The notes under the pieces are model-generated. The model was not told the origin of the DNA and searched no databases. It worked only from the letters and a program-made list of their open reading frames with translations. From NCBI GenBank assembly GCA_016934515.1, contig JAFGSR010000009.1:2375-66374 (forward strand): 64,000 bases of DNA. Reading direction: 5' to 3'. The DNA comes from Sedimentisphaerales bacterium. GTDB taxonomy: Bacteria > Planctomycetota > Phycisphaerae > Sedimentisphaerales > SM23-30. Below are positions 27,608 through 37,263 of this stretch, piece after piece (within the stretch, counting starts at the first letter, position 1; each line of letters starts with the position of its first letter). The position numbers were made by a program, and so were the translations under genes.

Positions 27608-29443
27608 ATGAAATCGGACTCAAAAAAATTAATCACTCACTTCAGTCTGGCAGCTCTAACCGGCCCGGTCCTGACCAAGGAACTCCGCGTCGCCAGCCGC
27701 CGAAAAAGAAACTACCTCCTCCGTTTCATTTACCTGGCTTTGATGACCTGTTTTGTGGTGTTGGTCTGGTTCAACACTGTTGAAAGCTACAAGTCCGCCT
27801 CCTACGCCACCAGCCGCATGGCCGAAGCCGGAAAAACCATCATCGCCACCATCATCGCCTTTCAGTTCCTCACCACCCAGATCATCGCCGTCATCATGCT
27901 GTCCAACTCCATCAGCGACGAAATCTACCACCGCACCCTCGGCGTGCTCATGACCACGCCCATTAACAGCTTTCAGATTGTCTTTGGCAAGCTCACCGGC
28001 AAACTGCTCCAGATCATTCTGCTCCTGGCTATTTCGCTACCCTTGTTGGCCATCGTCCGCATCTTTGGCGGGGTACCCTGGAATTTTGTCGTTTCCGCCG
28101 CTTGCGTAACTTTCACCGCGGTTATCTTCGCCGGCTCGCTCAGCCTGCTGCTCTCGATCAGCGGACGACGTTCTTATGCTGTCATTCTTAAAACCCTCTT
28201 TATCCTTGGCACTCTTTACGGATTTTTCCCCGCCCTGATCGAATACTGCCTGCAGGGCACCGTATTTATAAGCCTTCTCCCTTCGGTTTTCTATTACCCC
28301 AATCCATTTGGCGTCATGATCCAGATGATCGGCCAAATGCTCAATCCCGGCGCTTTTACCATACAATTCAATTGGCTTCTCCATTGCGCCATCATGCTCA
28401 CCGCTTCAGCTTTTAACATCGCCCTGGCCGTCAAGCTCGTTCGTAAAGCCGCCCTCGCCCAGGCCGTCGGACAAATCAAACACCAAGCCGAATCACAAAT
28501 CATCACCCGAATCCTCAAGCCCAAAAACACCTCCGCTTCATCAAATTCCTCCGCCCTTACAAAAAACTTTCCATCCACCCAAGATTCCCAATCCCTCAGA
28601 TCGGTAACCGGCCCTGCGATTATCTGGAAAGAGCTCCGCACTCCCTTCATCCAGGGCGGTCGAGATTACAACGCCATCGGCCTGATCGTCGGCTGCATCG
28701 CCCTGCTTATTACGTATTTCTCCTCCGCTTACAACCAGGCCCTCGACGAAGATTTTACCCATAGCACTTATGTAATTGTTTTTGTTATGCTCGCCTTGCT
28801 TACTAACATCGTTCTTATCGCCACTTCGATCACCACTGAAAAGGAATCCCGCACTTGGCCCGTTCTGTTGGCCACCACCCAGACCGATTGGCAAATCCTT
28901 CTTGGTAAAGCGGTCGGGGCCTTTCGCCGCTGTCTGGTGTTCTGGCTCTTCCTGGGTGGACACCTGCTGCTGTTCACTCTGGTAAGATACATCCACCCCA
29001 TCGCGATTGTCCACCTAACCATGATTTTCGTCGGCATCGTTATTTTTCTGGCTGGTTCCGGTTTATATTTCAGTGCCCGGTTCAAACGCTCCACCTCTGC
29101 CGTCGTCGCTCACCTTACGCTGCTGCTGATCCTCTGGGCCGGCGTACCTACCATAGTCGCCCTTACCCTTGGTATCGCCAACATCTCCCGCGGTAACCGT
29201 GCCATGGAATTATCCGCCGCTGCCAATCCCGTCATTCAGTCCGGCGTCGTTGCCCATGCCGCCGCGGGCCTTTCCAATGCCCACAATCCCATCACCGAAC
29301 TTAAATACGAATGGGGCTTCCGTTACGACTGGAAAGCCCTGCCCACCACGATCCTGGTTTTCACTTACATGGTGATGTATATAATACTCGGACTGTTATT
29401 TGCCTGGCGCGCCAAACACCGAATCCGAAAAAACATCTTTTAA
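27608..29443 (+). CDS. Internally duplicated ABC-2-type permease, paralog 2
   Basis: Same architecture and motifs as paralog 1 (LTGPVLTKELRVASRRKRNY; ITTEKESRTWPVLLATT). I prefer the ATG at 27608 over TTG 27581. Confidence 0.8.
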   Translation: MKSDSKKLITHFSLAALTGPVLTKELRVASRRKRNYLLRFIYLALMTCFVVLVWFNTVESYKSASYATSRMAEAGKTIIATIIAFQFLTTQIIAVIMLSNSISDEIYHRTLGVLMTTPINSFQIVFGKLTGKLLQIILLLAISLPLLAIVRIFGGVPWNFVVSAACVTFTAVIFAGSLSLLLSISGRRSYAVILKTLFILGTLYGFFPALIEYCLQGTVFISLLPSVFYYPNPFGVMIQMIGQMLNPGAFTIQFNWLLHCAIMLTASAFNIALAVKLVRKAALAQAVGQIKHQAESQIITRILKPKNTSASSNSSALTKNFPSTQDSQSLRSVTGPAIIWKELRTPFIQGGRDYNAIGLIVGCIALLITYFSSAYNQALDEDFTHSTYVIVFVMLALLTNIVLIATSITTEKESRTWPVLLATTQTDWQILLGKAVGAFRRCLVFWLFLGGHLLLFTLVRYIHPIAIVHLTMIFVGIVIFLAGSGLYFSARFKRSTSAVVAHLTLLLILWAGVPTIVALTLGIANISRGNRAMELSAAANPVIQSGVVAHAAAGLSNAHNPITELKYEWGFRYDWKALPTTILVFTYMVMYIILGLLFAWRAKHRIRKNIF

Positions 29444-29556
29444 CACCCATTAACTACTTATGCAGGCAAGCTTTGATTGTCGATTAAAATCCAAAATTGG
29501 AATAATTCCAAAGCTATCCTTTTACATTTTTTCAAATAATATCACTGGATTTAACT

Positions 29557-31212
29557 GTGTCCGAAACCTTAATAAACATCTTTAGCCGTTTGAATCCTGC
29601 TATCCTGACCGGCCCTATCTTCGATAAGGAACTCCGCATTTCCAGCCGTCGAAAAAGCAATTATTGGCTACGCTGTATCTATCTGGCCCTTTTGGCTTTC
29701 TTCATTATTATGGCCTGGCTTCAGGCGACTGTTTTAAGCGGCGGTTTTTCTAACGTTGTTCGCATTTCCCGCATGGCCGAGATCGGTCGCACCACTATTG
29801 TCACCATCATCTGGTTCCAGTTTATTGCTACCCAACTAATAGCCGTGGTCATGCTCAGCAATGCCGTCAGCGAAGAAATCTCCAAACGAACCTACGCCGT
29901 TATGCTCACCACCCCCATTACCAATACCCAGTTCATTCTGGGGAAATTCTTCTCGAAAATCATCCAGTTGATATTACTGCTCATCCTCAGCTTTCCCGTG
30001 CTGGTCATCTTAAGAATCATGGGCGGCATGCCCTGGAACTTTGTCACTGTCGGCTTTTGTGTAACTTTTACCGCTGTGCTCTTTGCCGCCGCGGTCAGCC
30101 TGTTAATTTCCATCGTTAACCGACAAGCTTGGTCCGTCATCTTCCTGGTCACGGCTCTGTTAGCATTGCTCTATGGATTATTACCTCTGATTCTGAATAT
30201 TACAAAATCCCTGTCCGGCTCCGCCGAAACCTTCCTGCTGCTTACTAATCCCTATTACTATCTCATCCGACTTACCGAAAATACCGTTTTTCTCAGAGGC
30301 TCAGCCCTTAGCCTGCCCTGGGTTACCCACTGTCTGTTCATGATTGTCGCATCGGGACTGGTATTGTTTGTCGCTGCTCTGGGCCTGAGAAAAACCGCCC
30401 TCCGCCAGGCCTTTGTACCTCGAACGAACTTATTTAAATCAACATTTTTCAAAAAAATCCCCATATTAGGAAAATCTTCTGATAATCGTCTTAGACCGGT
30501 TAATCGCAAACCAATTATCTGGAGAGAATTATTAATCCCTCCCCTGATCCCGGGTTTTTCAGGTGTTACAACTTATATAGTCCTGCTTGTCCTGCTGCTT
30601 ATTCTGAATGCTTTATTGTTTTATTTTAATTTTTTCGACGAGCCGTCCATCCAGATAGGTTGCCTGTCCATTTTATTGTTCATTACTCTTATCAGAACCG
30701 CCACTTACGCCGCCTCTACCTTCACCCGCGAAAAAGAAGCCCGCACCCTCACACCACTGCTAACCACACCTCTAAGCGACGATGACATTCTCCGCCATAA
30801 AGCCCTGGCCTCGTTTTTACGCAGCCTTCCCTTATGGGCCATCATTTTCACACACCTGCTTTTCTTCTCCCTTGCCGGCATTATCAACTCCCTCAGCTTT
30901 GTTATTGTCCCCCTGATGATGACCGGACCAATATTTTTCCTGATCGGCTCCGGAGTTTATTTCAGCACCCGCCTGAAAACCACAACTAAAGCAGTTGTTG
31001 CCACTTTCGCACTGGCACTGGGTACTTGGTTTATATGTCCCTGCTGTGGTATGGCTAATCCATTTTATATACTCTTTTTTATGTCAACAGAAGTTGACGA
31101 ATTTATAGGTTTTTACTTCTTATTTTGCTTGATCGCCTCCATTGTAGAACTGATTGTCGGATTTTGTTTTTATGTTGCTGCCAAAAAGCATATACGCTGT
31201 AATCTTACGTAA
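29557..31212 (+). CDS. Internally duplicated ABC-2-type permease, paralog 3
   Basis: Same architecture (LTGPIFDKELRISSRRKSNY; FTREKEARTLTPLLTTPL). GTG start. The most divergent copy. Confidence 0.78.
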   Translation: MSETLINIFSRLNPAILTGPIFDKELRISSRRKSNYWLRCIYLALLAFFIIMAWLQATVLSGGFSNVVRISRMAEIGRTTIVTIIWFQFIATQLIAVVMLSNAVSEEISKRTYAVMLTTPITNTQFILGKFFSKIIQLILLLILSFPVLVILRIMGGMPWNFVTVGFCVTFTAVLFAAAVSLLISIVNRQAWSVIFLVTALLALLYGLLPLILNITKSLSGSAETFLLLTNPYYYLIRLTENTVFLRGSALSLPWVTHCLFMIVASGLVLFVAALGLRKTALRQAFVPRTNLFKSTFFKKIPILGKSSDNRLRPVNRKPIIWRELLIPPLIPGFSGVTTYIVLLVLLLILNALLFYFNFFDEPSIQIGCLSILLFITLIRTATYAASTFTREKEARTLTPLLTTPLSDDDILRHKALASFLRSLPLWAIIFTHLLFFSLAGIINSLSFVIVPLMMTGPIFFLIGSGVYFSTRLKTTTKAVVATFALALGTWFICPCCGMANPFYILFFMSTEVDEFIGFYFLFCLIASIVELIVGFCFYVAAKKHIRCNLT

Positions 31213-31256
31213 AGATTCACCAAAATTATTAAACGGTTTTCTGCTAGGTAAAATTC

Positions 31257-33041
31257 ATGATCAAACACCTTGCCAATTTATCCTCTTATATCAGCCCTGC
31301 GTCTCTAACGGGACCCATCTTTGAAAAAGAACTTTGCGTATCCAGCCGACGTCGGCGAAATTACCTGCTTCGTTTTGTCTATCTTATCCTGTTAACCTTT
31401 TTCGTCGTGCTGGTCTGGCTCGGCGAAACACAATTTTCTCGCAACCGCTCGGTCGTTTATCAGGTTTCCCGCCTGGCCGAAGTTGGTAAAACCGTTGTCC
31501 TGACTATTGTCTGGTTTCAGTTTTGCTTCACTCAACTGGTCGCCGTTATCATGCTCTCCAACTCCATCAGCGACGAAATCTACCACAAAACCCTCGGCAC
31601 CCTCATGACCACCCCCATCAATGCCCTGCAAATCGTCCTGGGAAAATTGCTCAGCAAGCTCCTGCAAATCCTTATCCTGATCGGTCTGTCCCTGCCTCTG
31701 CTAGCTGTCGTCCGCGTCTTCGGCGGCATCCCCTGGGATTTTGTCGTCTCCAGCCTCTGCATTAACCTCACCACCGTCATCTTCGTCGCCTCCATCAGCA
31801 TGTTCTTTTCCATCTTCACCCGCCACAGCTATCTCGTTATCATCTTTACTGCCCTGACCATGGCTGTTCTTTTTTATCTGCTACCGATTATTGCCGGACT
31901 AATTTACTTGGGTTGTCATATATGTAACGAAAACACTTTCTTATCTGTTCTTTGCAACTTTAATCCTTATATTACCCAGATAGCCGCAACTGTAAAATTA
32001 ATGTCAGCGCGCGGAATGCCATTTTCTTGCTACTGGCCGGCACACTGCCTGATCTCTCTAGCCGGCTCCGCTGTCATACTAATCTTTTGCGTTAAAATGG
32101 TCCGCAAAGCCGCCCTCGCCCAAGCCGCCGGCATCCCCATTTTTGCCCCCAGAAAAAAATCCTCCCCATCCGCCAAAATCTCCAACCACCCCACAAAAAC
32201 CTCTCCCGTCGCCCGTATAAGAACTGTCTCCGGCTCCGCGGTCCTCTGGAAAGAACTTAGGAAACCTTCCTACTTTCGCCGCGCTAAAATACTTAAATAC
32301 CTCTTTTTTATTTTCGCCCTGGCTGTCCTGGTATTCACCTATATCGGCCTCGCTTTAGAAGACGATTTAAAACACGATGAAGTTCAGATTACTTACGTCA
32401 TTACCATGATGTCCCTGGCCATGCTCTTTACCATCACTCTGCCGGCCACCTGCATCACCACGGAAAAGGAATCCCGCGCCTGGCCTATCCTGCTCGGCAC
32501 TACGCTAAACGACAATCAGATTCTCATCGGTAAATTCCTCGGCCAGATTCGTCGCTGCCTGCCCGCCTGGATATTGATGTTCGCCCACATTACCTTTTTT
32601 ATATTGGATGGAATCATTCGCCCCATTGCTCTTCCCATGATGATTATCATTTCCGCCTGGGTCATAATCTTCTTTTGCTCCACTGGCATCTACTTCAGTG
32701 CCCGCTTCAAACACACCACCACCGCCGTCATTATGAATTTCGCCTTGGCAATATTCCTCTGGTTTCTCGTCCCCTTTGTTTTGCTGCTACTTTGTGAAGC
32801 CTTCAACCTGATTAACGACGACATCGCCGAAGGCTACATTAATTGCATTCCCTTTGTTCAGGCTGTTGTAGTTATCGATGGCGCCTGTAAGCCTGAGTTC
32901 TCATTTTATTGGCCGGAAATCAGACGCATTGGCACCATTTCATCCCTGCTGCTGCTGTCGGTGTTTTTCATTGGCTATTCCACCCTTGCCGCCGCCTTCC
33001 TCTGGCGCGCAAAAAAACTTTTCCGCAAAAAAATCTTCTGA
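31257..33041 (+). CDS. Internally duplicated ABC-2-type permease, paralog 4
   Basis: Same architecture (LTGPIFEKELCVSSRRRRNY; ITTEKESRAWPILLGTTL). Confidence 0.8.
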   Translation: MIKHLANLSSYISPASLTGPIFEKELCVSSRRRRNYLLRFVYLILLTFFVVLVWLGETQFSRNRSVVYQVSRLAEVGKTVVLTIVWFQFCFTQLVAVIMLSNSISDEIYHKTLGTLMTTPINALQIVLGKLLSKLLQILILIGLSLPLLAVVRVFGGIPWDFVVSSLCINLTTVIFVASISMFFSIFTRHSYLVIIFTALTMAVLFYLLPIIAGLIYLGCHICNENTFLSVLCNFNPYITQIAATVKLMSARGMPFSCYWPAHCLISLAGSAVILIFCVKMVRKAALAQAAGIPIFAPRKKSSPSAKISNHPTKTSPVARIRTVSGSAVLWKELRKPSYFRRAKILKYLFFIFALAVLVFTYIGLALEDDLKHDEVQITYVITMMSLAMLFTITLPATCITTEKESRAWPILLGTTLNDNQILIGKFLGQIRRCLPAWILMFAHITFFILDGIIRPIALPMMIIISAWVIIFFCSTGIYFSARFKHTTTAVIMNFALAIFLWFLVPFVLLLLCEAFNLINDDIAEGYINCIPFVQAVVVIDGACKPEFSFYWPEIRRIGTISSLLLLSVFFIGYSTLAAAFLWRAKKLFRKKIF

Positions 33042-33085
33042 TCCTTCCCCCTAAAAAACTGCACAATCCATGGAAAAACCGCATC

Positions 33086-35236
33086 TTATTCCTGCTCTGC
33101 AAAACTCGCTCGGGTCTCCACCGGCGGCAAATACCCCTCATCCCCACAAGCTTCAAAAATTCGCCGCGCAATCGGTGCCGCCACCGTTCCACCGCCGCCA
33201 TCATCTTCCACCACCACCGCCAATGCAATAGTCACACCGTCCGCAACGTGTCCGTAACCACCAAACAACGAACAATGCGTTGTCGAACCGGTCTTGCCGT
33301 ACAACTGCACCGTTTCTTTGGGCCAGGGTGCTGGATTAAATGCTTTATAACCCGATCCGCCCCTTTCGTAAACCACCGCTTGCATTCCCTCGCGCACCCA
33401 CCGAATATTTTCGGCATTAACACTTAGCTTTTGCCTTTGATCAGCAATTGAAAAATCATCTATCAGCCTTGGCCGCATCAATACCCCATCCCGCGCGATC
33501 GTGCAAAAACTGTTGGCAATTTGCAACAGTGAGTCATCCAGGGTCCCAAGTCCAACTGACATAGATTGCAAATCCCTAACGCTCGGCTCGCTGCCATCCC
33601 AAGGCCCCATGTGCCCTACTGCCTCCCGGAACGCGATGTGAATCCTGCTGTCCGAAAGCCCACTTGGCCAGGCCAGCTCCCGCCTGCCAAATCCCGCTTG
33701 CCTGAGCCAATTTAAAAACCGCTCGTACCCCATTTTGCTCACCAATTCAATAAAATAAAAATCGCAACTGCGCTTCAACGCATCGCGACCATCAACCTCA
33801 CCATGTCCATACAGATAACAAACCGACCGCGGCAGCATATTAAAATTCCCCGGCACGCACAGATATTTCCACTCGAAAGACACCACCCCATCTTCCAACA
33901 GTCCAAACAGCAAAGTCGGCTTGATCGTAGAACCCGGTTCATAAACTTCGCTAAGTGCCCGATTGAGCTTGACCTTTTCCACATCACCTGCCCCCGGAAA
34001 GTTAATCCGCTTAAACTCCTCCGCCAGATAATACCGGCTCAAATCAAACGTCGGCACCGACACCATCGCCAACACTTTTCCCGTCACCACATCAATCACC
34101 ACCGCCGCACCACGATAAATTTTACCCTGGGCATTGTCCCCCTCAAAAAATCTCGCTATCCTCCGCTGCAACTCAATATCAATCGTCAACCGCACATTAC
34201 TGCCGATTACCCGCTCAATTTCACTTACAATCTGTCCGTGACGATCCAACTTCACCCAACCTCGCCGGCCCCGAAGCTGCTGTTCAAACAAATACTCAAC
34301 GCCCCACTCGCCCCGCCGCTCACCCAGACGATACCTCAACAATTCCTGCAAATCAGGCTTATCCCTCTCCGCCTCACCTGCTCCTTCCGCCAAACCAGCC
34401 ACTTCCGCCTGAATATCATCTTTTATCGTCTCTTCCGCCTGTACCGCCCGAACCTGACCGATCAGATGACAACCTGCCCGCCCATACGGAAAAACTCTTC
34501 TCTTGCCCAAACGAATGCTTATCAAACGATTGCTCCCCTCACTCCCAAACCAGCCCCCCACCATCCGCTCTTCAATCGTCAATGCTTCATCTCTACTGAT
34601 GTTCGCCAATATCACTTGCGGCTCATACATCTCCCGCACCGCGTTTTCCGCCTGATACAGTTGCCACAAACGCTTATCCTCATCCGGTACCCTTTCCGCA
34701 TAATCCCTCAATATCTCCGCCGCACCGGCCATCGTCCGCCACTGAAGCTTCTCGTTTTCATAGTGCCGCCGCCGCGCTCGTGCCGTTTGCAAAACATGAA
34801 TGCTGTCATTAATCTCATTGATACTCTCCAGCAATTGCTCACATGAAACACTGCACAACTCCGACAGGTCCTCCAGCAGATCATCCGCTTCCGACCGCTG
34901 CTTCAGTAACTTCTCCCGCTGCTCCTGTTGTTTATCAGGATTTTTCTGCCAGAACAATTCCTGATACTGCCAGAATCGCTCATCATATAAACGTGTCAAC
35001 TTGTAGGTCAGACAAACATCAAAACTTGCCCGATCCAAGGCTAATACCCGCCCCTTGCTATCATAAATCGTCCCCCGGACGGTTTCAATTTGCCGGCCCG
35101 GCAACTCCAACGCCGCCTTCGATAACAACTGGTATTTCTCCCCCTCCAAAACCTGCAACCAAATCAGCCGACAGGCCAACATCCCCAATCCCAACCCCAT
35201 AACTATCGCAAAAATTCTCAGCCGACGCTGGAACAT
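33086..35236 (-). CDS. mrdA: Penicillin-binding protein 2-type transpeptidase
   Basis: N-terminal TM anchor. SxxK (GSTIKP), an SxN-like motif (SCD) and KTG (GKTGST). Unusually long, charged pedestal region. Confidence 0.85.
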   Translation of the reverse strand: MFQRRLRIFAIVMGLGLGMLACRLIWLQVLEGEKYQLLSKAALELPGRQIETVRGTIYDSKGRVLALDRASFDVCLTYKLTRLYDERFWQYQELFWQKNPDKQQEQREKLLKQRSEADDLLEDLSELCSVSCEQLLESINEINDSIHVLQTARARRRHYENEKLQWRTMAGAAEILRDYAERVPDEDKRLWQLYQAENAVREMYEPQVILANISRDEALTIEERMVGGWFGSEGSNRLISIRLGKRRVFPYGRAGCHLIGQVRAVQAEETIKDDIQAEVAGLAEGAGEAERDKPDLQELLRYRLGERRGEWGVEYLFEQQLRGRRGWVKLDRHGQIVSEIERVIGSNVRLTIDIELQRRIARFFEGDNAQGKIYRGAAVVIDVVTGKVLAMVSVPTFDLSRYYLAEEFKRINFPGAGDVEKVKLNRALSEVYEPGSTIKPTLLFGLLEDGVVSFEWKYLCVPGNFNMLPRSVCYLYGHGEVDGRDALKRSCDFYFIELVSKMGYERFLNWLRQAGFGRRELAWPSGLSDSRIHIAFREAVGHMGPWDGSEPSVRDLQSMSVGLGTLDDSLLQIANSFCTIARDGVLMRPRLIDDFSIADQRQKLSVNAENIRWVREGMQAVVYERGGSGYKAFNPAPWPKETVQLYGKTGSTTHCSLFGGYGHVADGVTIALAVVVEDDGGGGTVAAPIARRIFEACGDEGYLPPVETRASFAEQE

Positions 35237-35388
35237 CTATCTACACCATTAGTGCACACTTCACAACTTCTGGAACTCATTTCACGATCTCTGAAACACA
35301 TTTCACAAATCCCCCCTCAGATTCACACCGCAAAACCAACGCTGCCATTCGCAACAATTTACTTGCCCCCTCAACCAACTCCGGCAAA

Positions 35389-37158
35389 TTACTTGCCCCC
35401 CGGCACCAACACAATATCCAGTCCGTCAGCAAATCTCAATATCCCGCTCGAACCGACTTCACAGCCAATCAAACCCAAAGAATCCTTTATCGGCTTCTTA
35501 ATCAAATATATAATTTTCACTGTCTCCATACTGCCGCTCTTTTTGACCAACTCAAGCTTTTCCGGATAACCGGCAAAATTATTCGCCGTCAAATTTTTAT
35601 CCGACGTAACGTAACCAAACTCAATCGCCTTGTTGGTGCCTATCTTGCCCACCACTATCATACCCGCATGTGGATAGGTTCTTAACTGACTGTCCACCAG
35701 TTTGGGTACTTCAAAGTTTGATCCCGATTTATAATCCTTGGCGTCAATTTCCAAAAGCACTGCGGTATAATCAGGGGGAACAAAAACGCCTCTGGTCGAT
35801 TTGCCGTCAGTCTTGCCCTCCAATTTAACCAGAAAATGACCGCTCTTAACCAAATCACCCTCAAGCTTTAAAGCCGCCACTTCTACATAATTACCTTCCT
35901 CTTTCTCCTTCTCTTTCTCTTTCTCCTTCTCCTTCTCCTTCGCTTTATTGATCATTTCCTCACCGGGCACTCCCAGTTTCTTCAGCAACTCCTGATTTTC
36001 CTTGGAAATAACCGTCAATTTCTCAAAATTGTAAACAATTGAGCTGTCCATAGGCTTCAGAATTTTCCCTTCACCTGCCGCACTCACCGCCGCATAACGA
36101 TTCTCCACCGGCGGCTCAGCTTCGGCCAGCATTTTTGCGCTGGTAAATTCCACCCAGGCCGTTCGCTTAAACTCGATATATTTCGGAGCAATCTCCTGCA
36201 TATCACCAGGCCACTCAAAAAGCAAATCTACCTCACGAGTGTTCGGCAACATCTTGCCGTCGCCCAATCCCACGCTATCCACCACCTTCCAATCCGGCAG
36301 CAAAAACCCCATCGGATAAATCGAAGTCCCCGGCTCCCGGTGATCCTCCGAATCGAATCCTACCAGCCGAAAATTACCCAGCGTAAACCTTATCTTACCG
36401 TCTGCGTCCTTTGCCCCAGGCTTCGCCTCGCTACCCGCCGAAATTTGAACCCGCGCCGCAATAAATCGACCATCTGCTTCAGGAATTAATGTAGTGCCGC
36501 TCGACAAATCTTTTAATCCATCCCCGATTATCCACGCCTTAACCAGCCGTATCGATTCCGGTGCCGCTTCCTGACGACTACCCTGAGCCAACGTAAAACG
36601 ATTCATATACAACTCACGACGCATATCCGGATGAAAACGACAAAAATTGGTCGAACCGCTAAAACCATAATTGCTCGACTGCTTCACCAGCGAAAGTACA
36701 AAACCGTCCGCGTTGGGAAATAAATTCTTGGCTTCTTCAAGCTTACCCAAATCCGGATACCGGTCATACCCCTTAATCTGCGGCGAAATCGGCATCATCT
36801 GAAATCCCAATGCGATAATGCCTACCATCGTCAAACTGCTCAACAAACCAAAAAAACTCGCACCAATCCGGTCTATCAACATCGAAAATTTCATATTCCC
36901 TTTAATAAAACGATCCGTCAATAATCTCAAAATCAGTAACGTCACCAGAAAAATCGCTATCAGACTTCCCCCCTTGGTACCACCGGCCGCGAATCCCTTA
37001 CTATTCAACAGCCCCGCCAGCAACTCAAAATAGTTGAACGCCACTAGCGCCGACATCATGCTCAACATCGACATAATCAATGAACTGAACAAACCCTGGG
37101 TAAAAACCAGATAACTTGCCAGCCCCAACACCAGAACAAAAACAATAAATACCACCAT
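35389..37158 (-). CDS. CvpA-like four-TM membrane protein with a large C-terminal soluble domain
   Basis: The N-terminal 130 aa resemble the colicin V production (CvpA) membrane domain. The remaining roughly 450 aa are unrecognised and contain a (KE)n run. Confidence 0.65.
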   Translation of the reverse strand: MVVFIVFVLVLGLASYLVFTQGLFSSLIMSMLSMMSALVAFNYFELLAGLLNSKGFAAGGTKGGSLIAIFLVTLLILRLLTDRFIKGNMKFSMLIDRIGASFFGLLSSLTMVGIIALGFQMMPISPQIKGYDRYPDLGKLEEAKNLFPNADGFVLSLVKQSSNYGFSGSTNFCRFHPDMRRELYMNRFTLAQGSRQEAAPESIRLVKAWIIGDGLKDLSSGTTLIPEADGRFIAARVQISAGSEAKPGAKDADGKIRFTLGNFRLVGFDSEDHREPGTSIYPMGFLLPDWKVVDSVGLGDGKMLPNTREVDLLFEWPGDMQEIAPKYIEFKRTAWVEFTSAKMLAEAEPPVENRYAAVSAAGEGKILKPMDSSIVYNFEKLTVISKENQELLKKLGVPGEEMINKAKEKEKEKEKEKEKEEGNYVEVAALKLEGDLVKSGHFLVKLEGKTDGKSTRGVFVPPDYTAVLLEIDAKDYKSGSNFEVPKLVDSQLRTYPHAGMIVVGKIGTNKAIEFGYVTSDKNLTANNFAGYPEKLELVKKSGSMETVKIIYLIKKPIKDSLGLIGCEVGSSGILRFADGLDIVLVPGGK

Positions 37159-37263
37159 AATATCGAAACCTCCAGCGTTCTCTTTAAAACACCGAACATA
37201 ATTGTTCAGAAATAACCGGTCTTGATCTTTAATCCAGCCGAAAACTTATTTTGTCAGAGCTAA

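Noticed and set aside
33803-35202. Plus-strand ORFs (33803-34846, 34843-35202) opposite PBP2
   Set aside because: Their translations are P/H/R/Q/T-rich and low complexity. PBP2 on the minus strand carries the SxxK and KTG motifs.
35898-35941. (CTCCTT/CTCTTT)n run, considered as a phase-variable simple sequence repeat or a CRISPR-like repeat
   Set aside because: It encodes an in-frame (KE)n linker in the CvpA-like protein. Its 6-nt unit cannot shift the reading frame, and it has no spacer structure.
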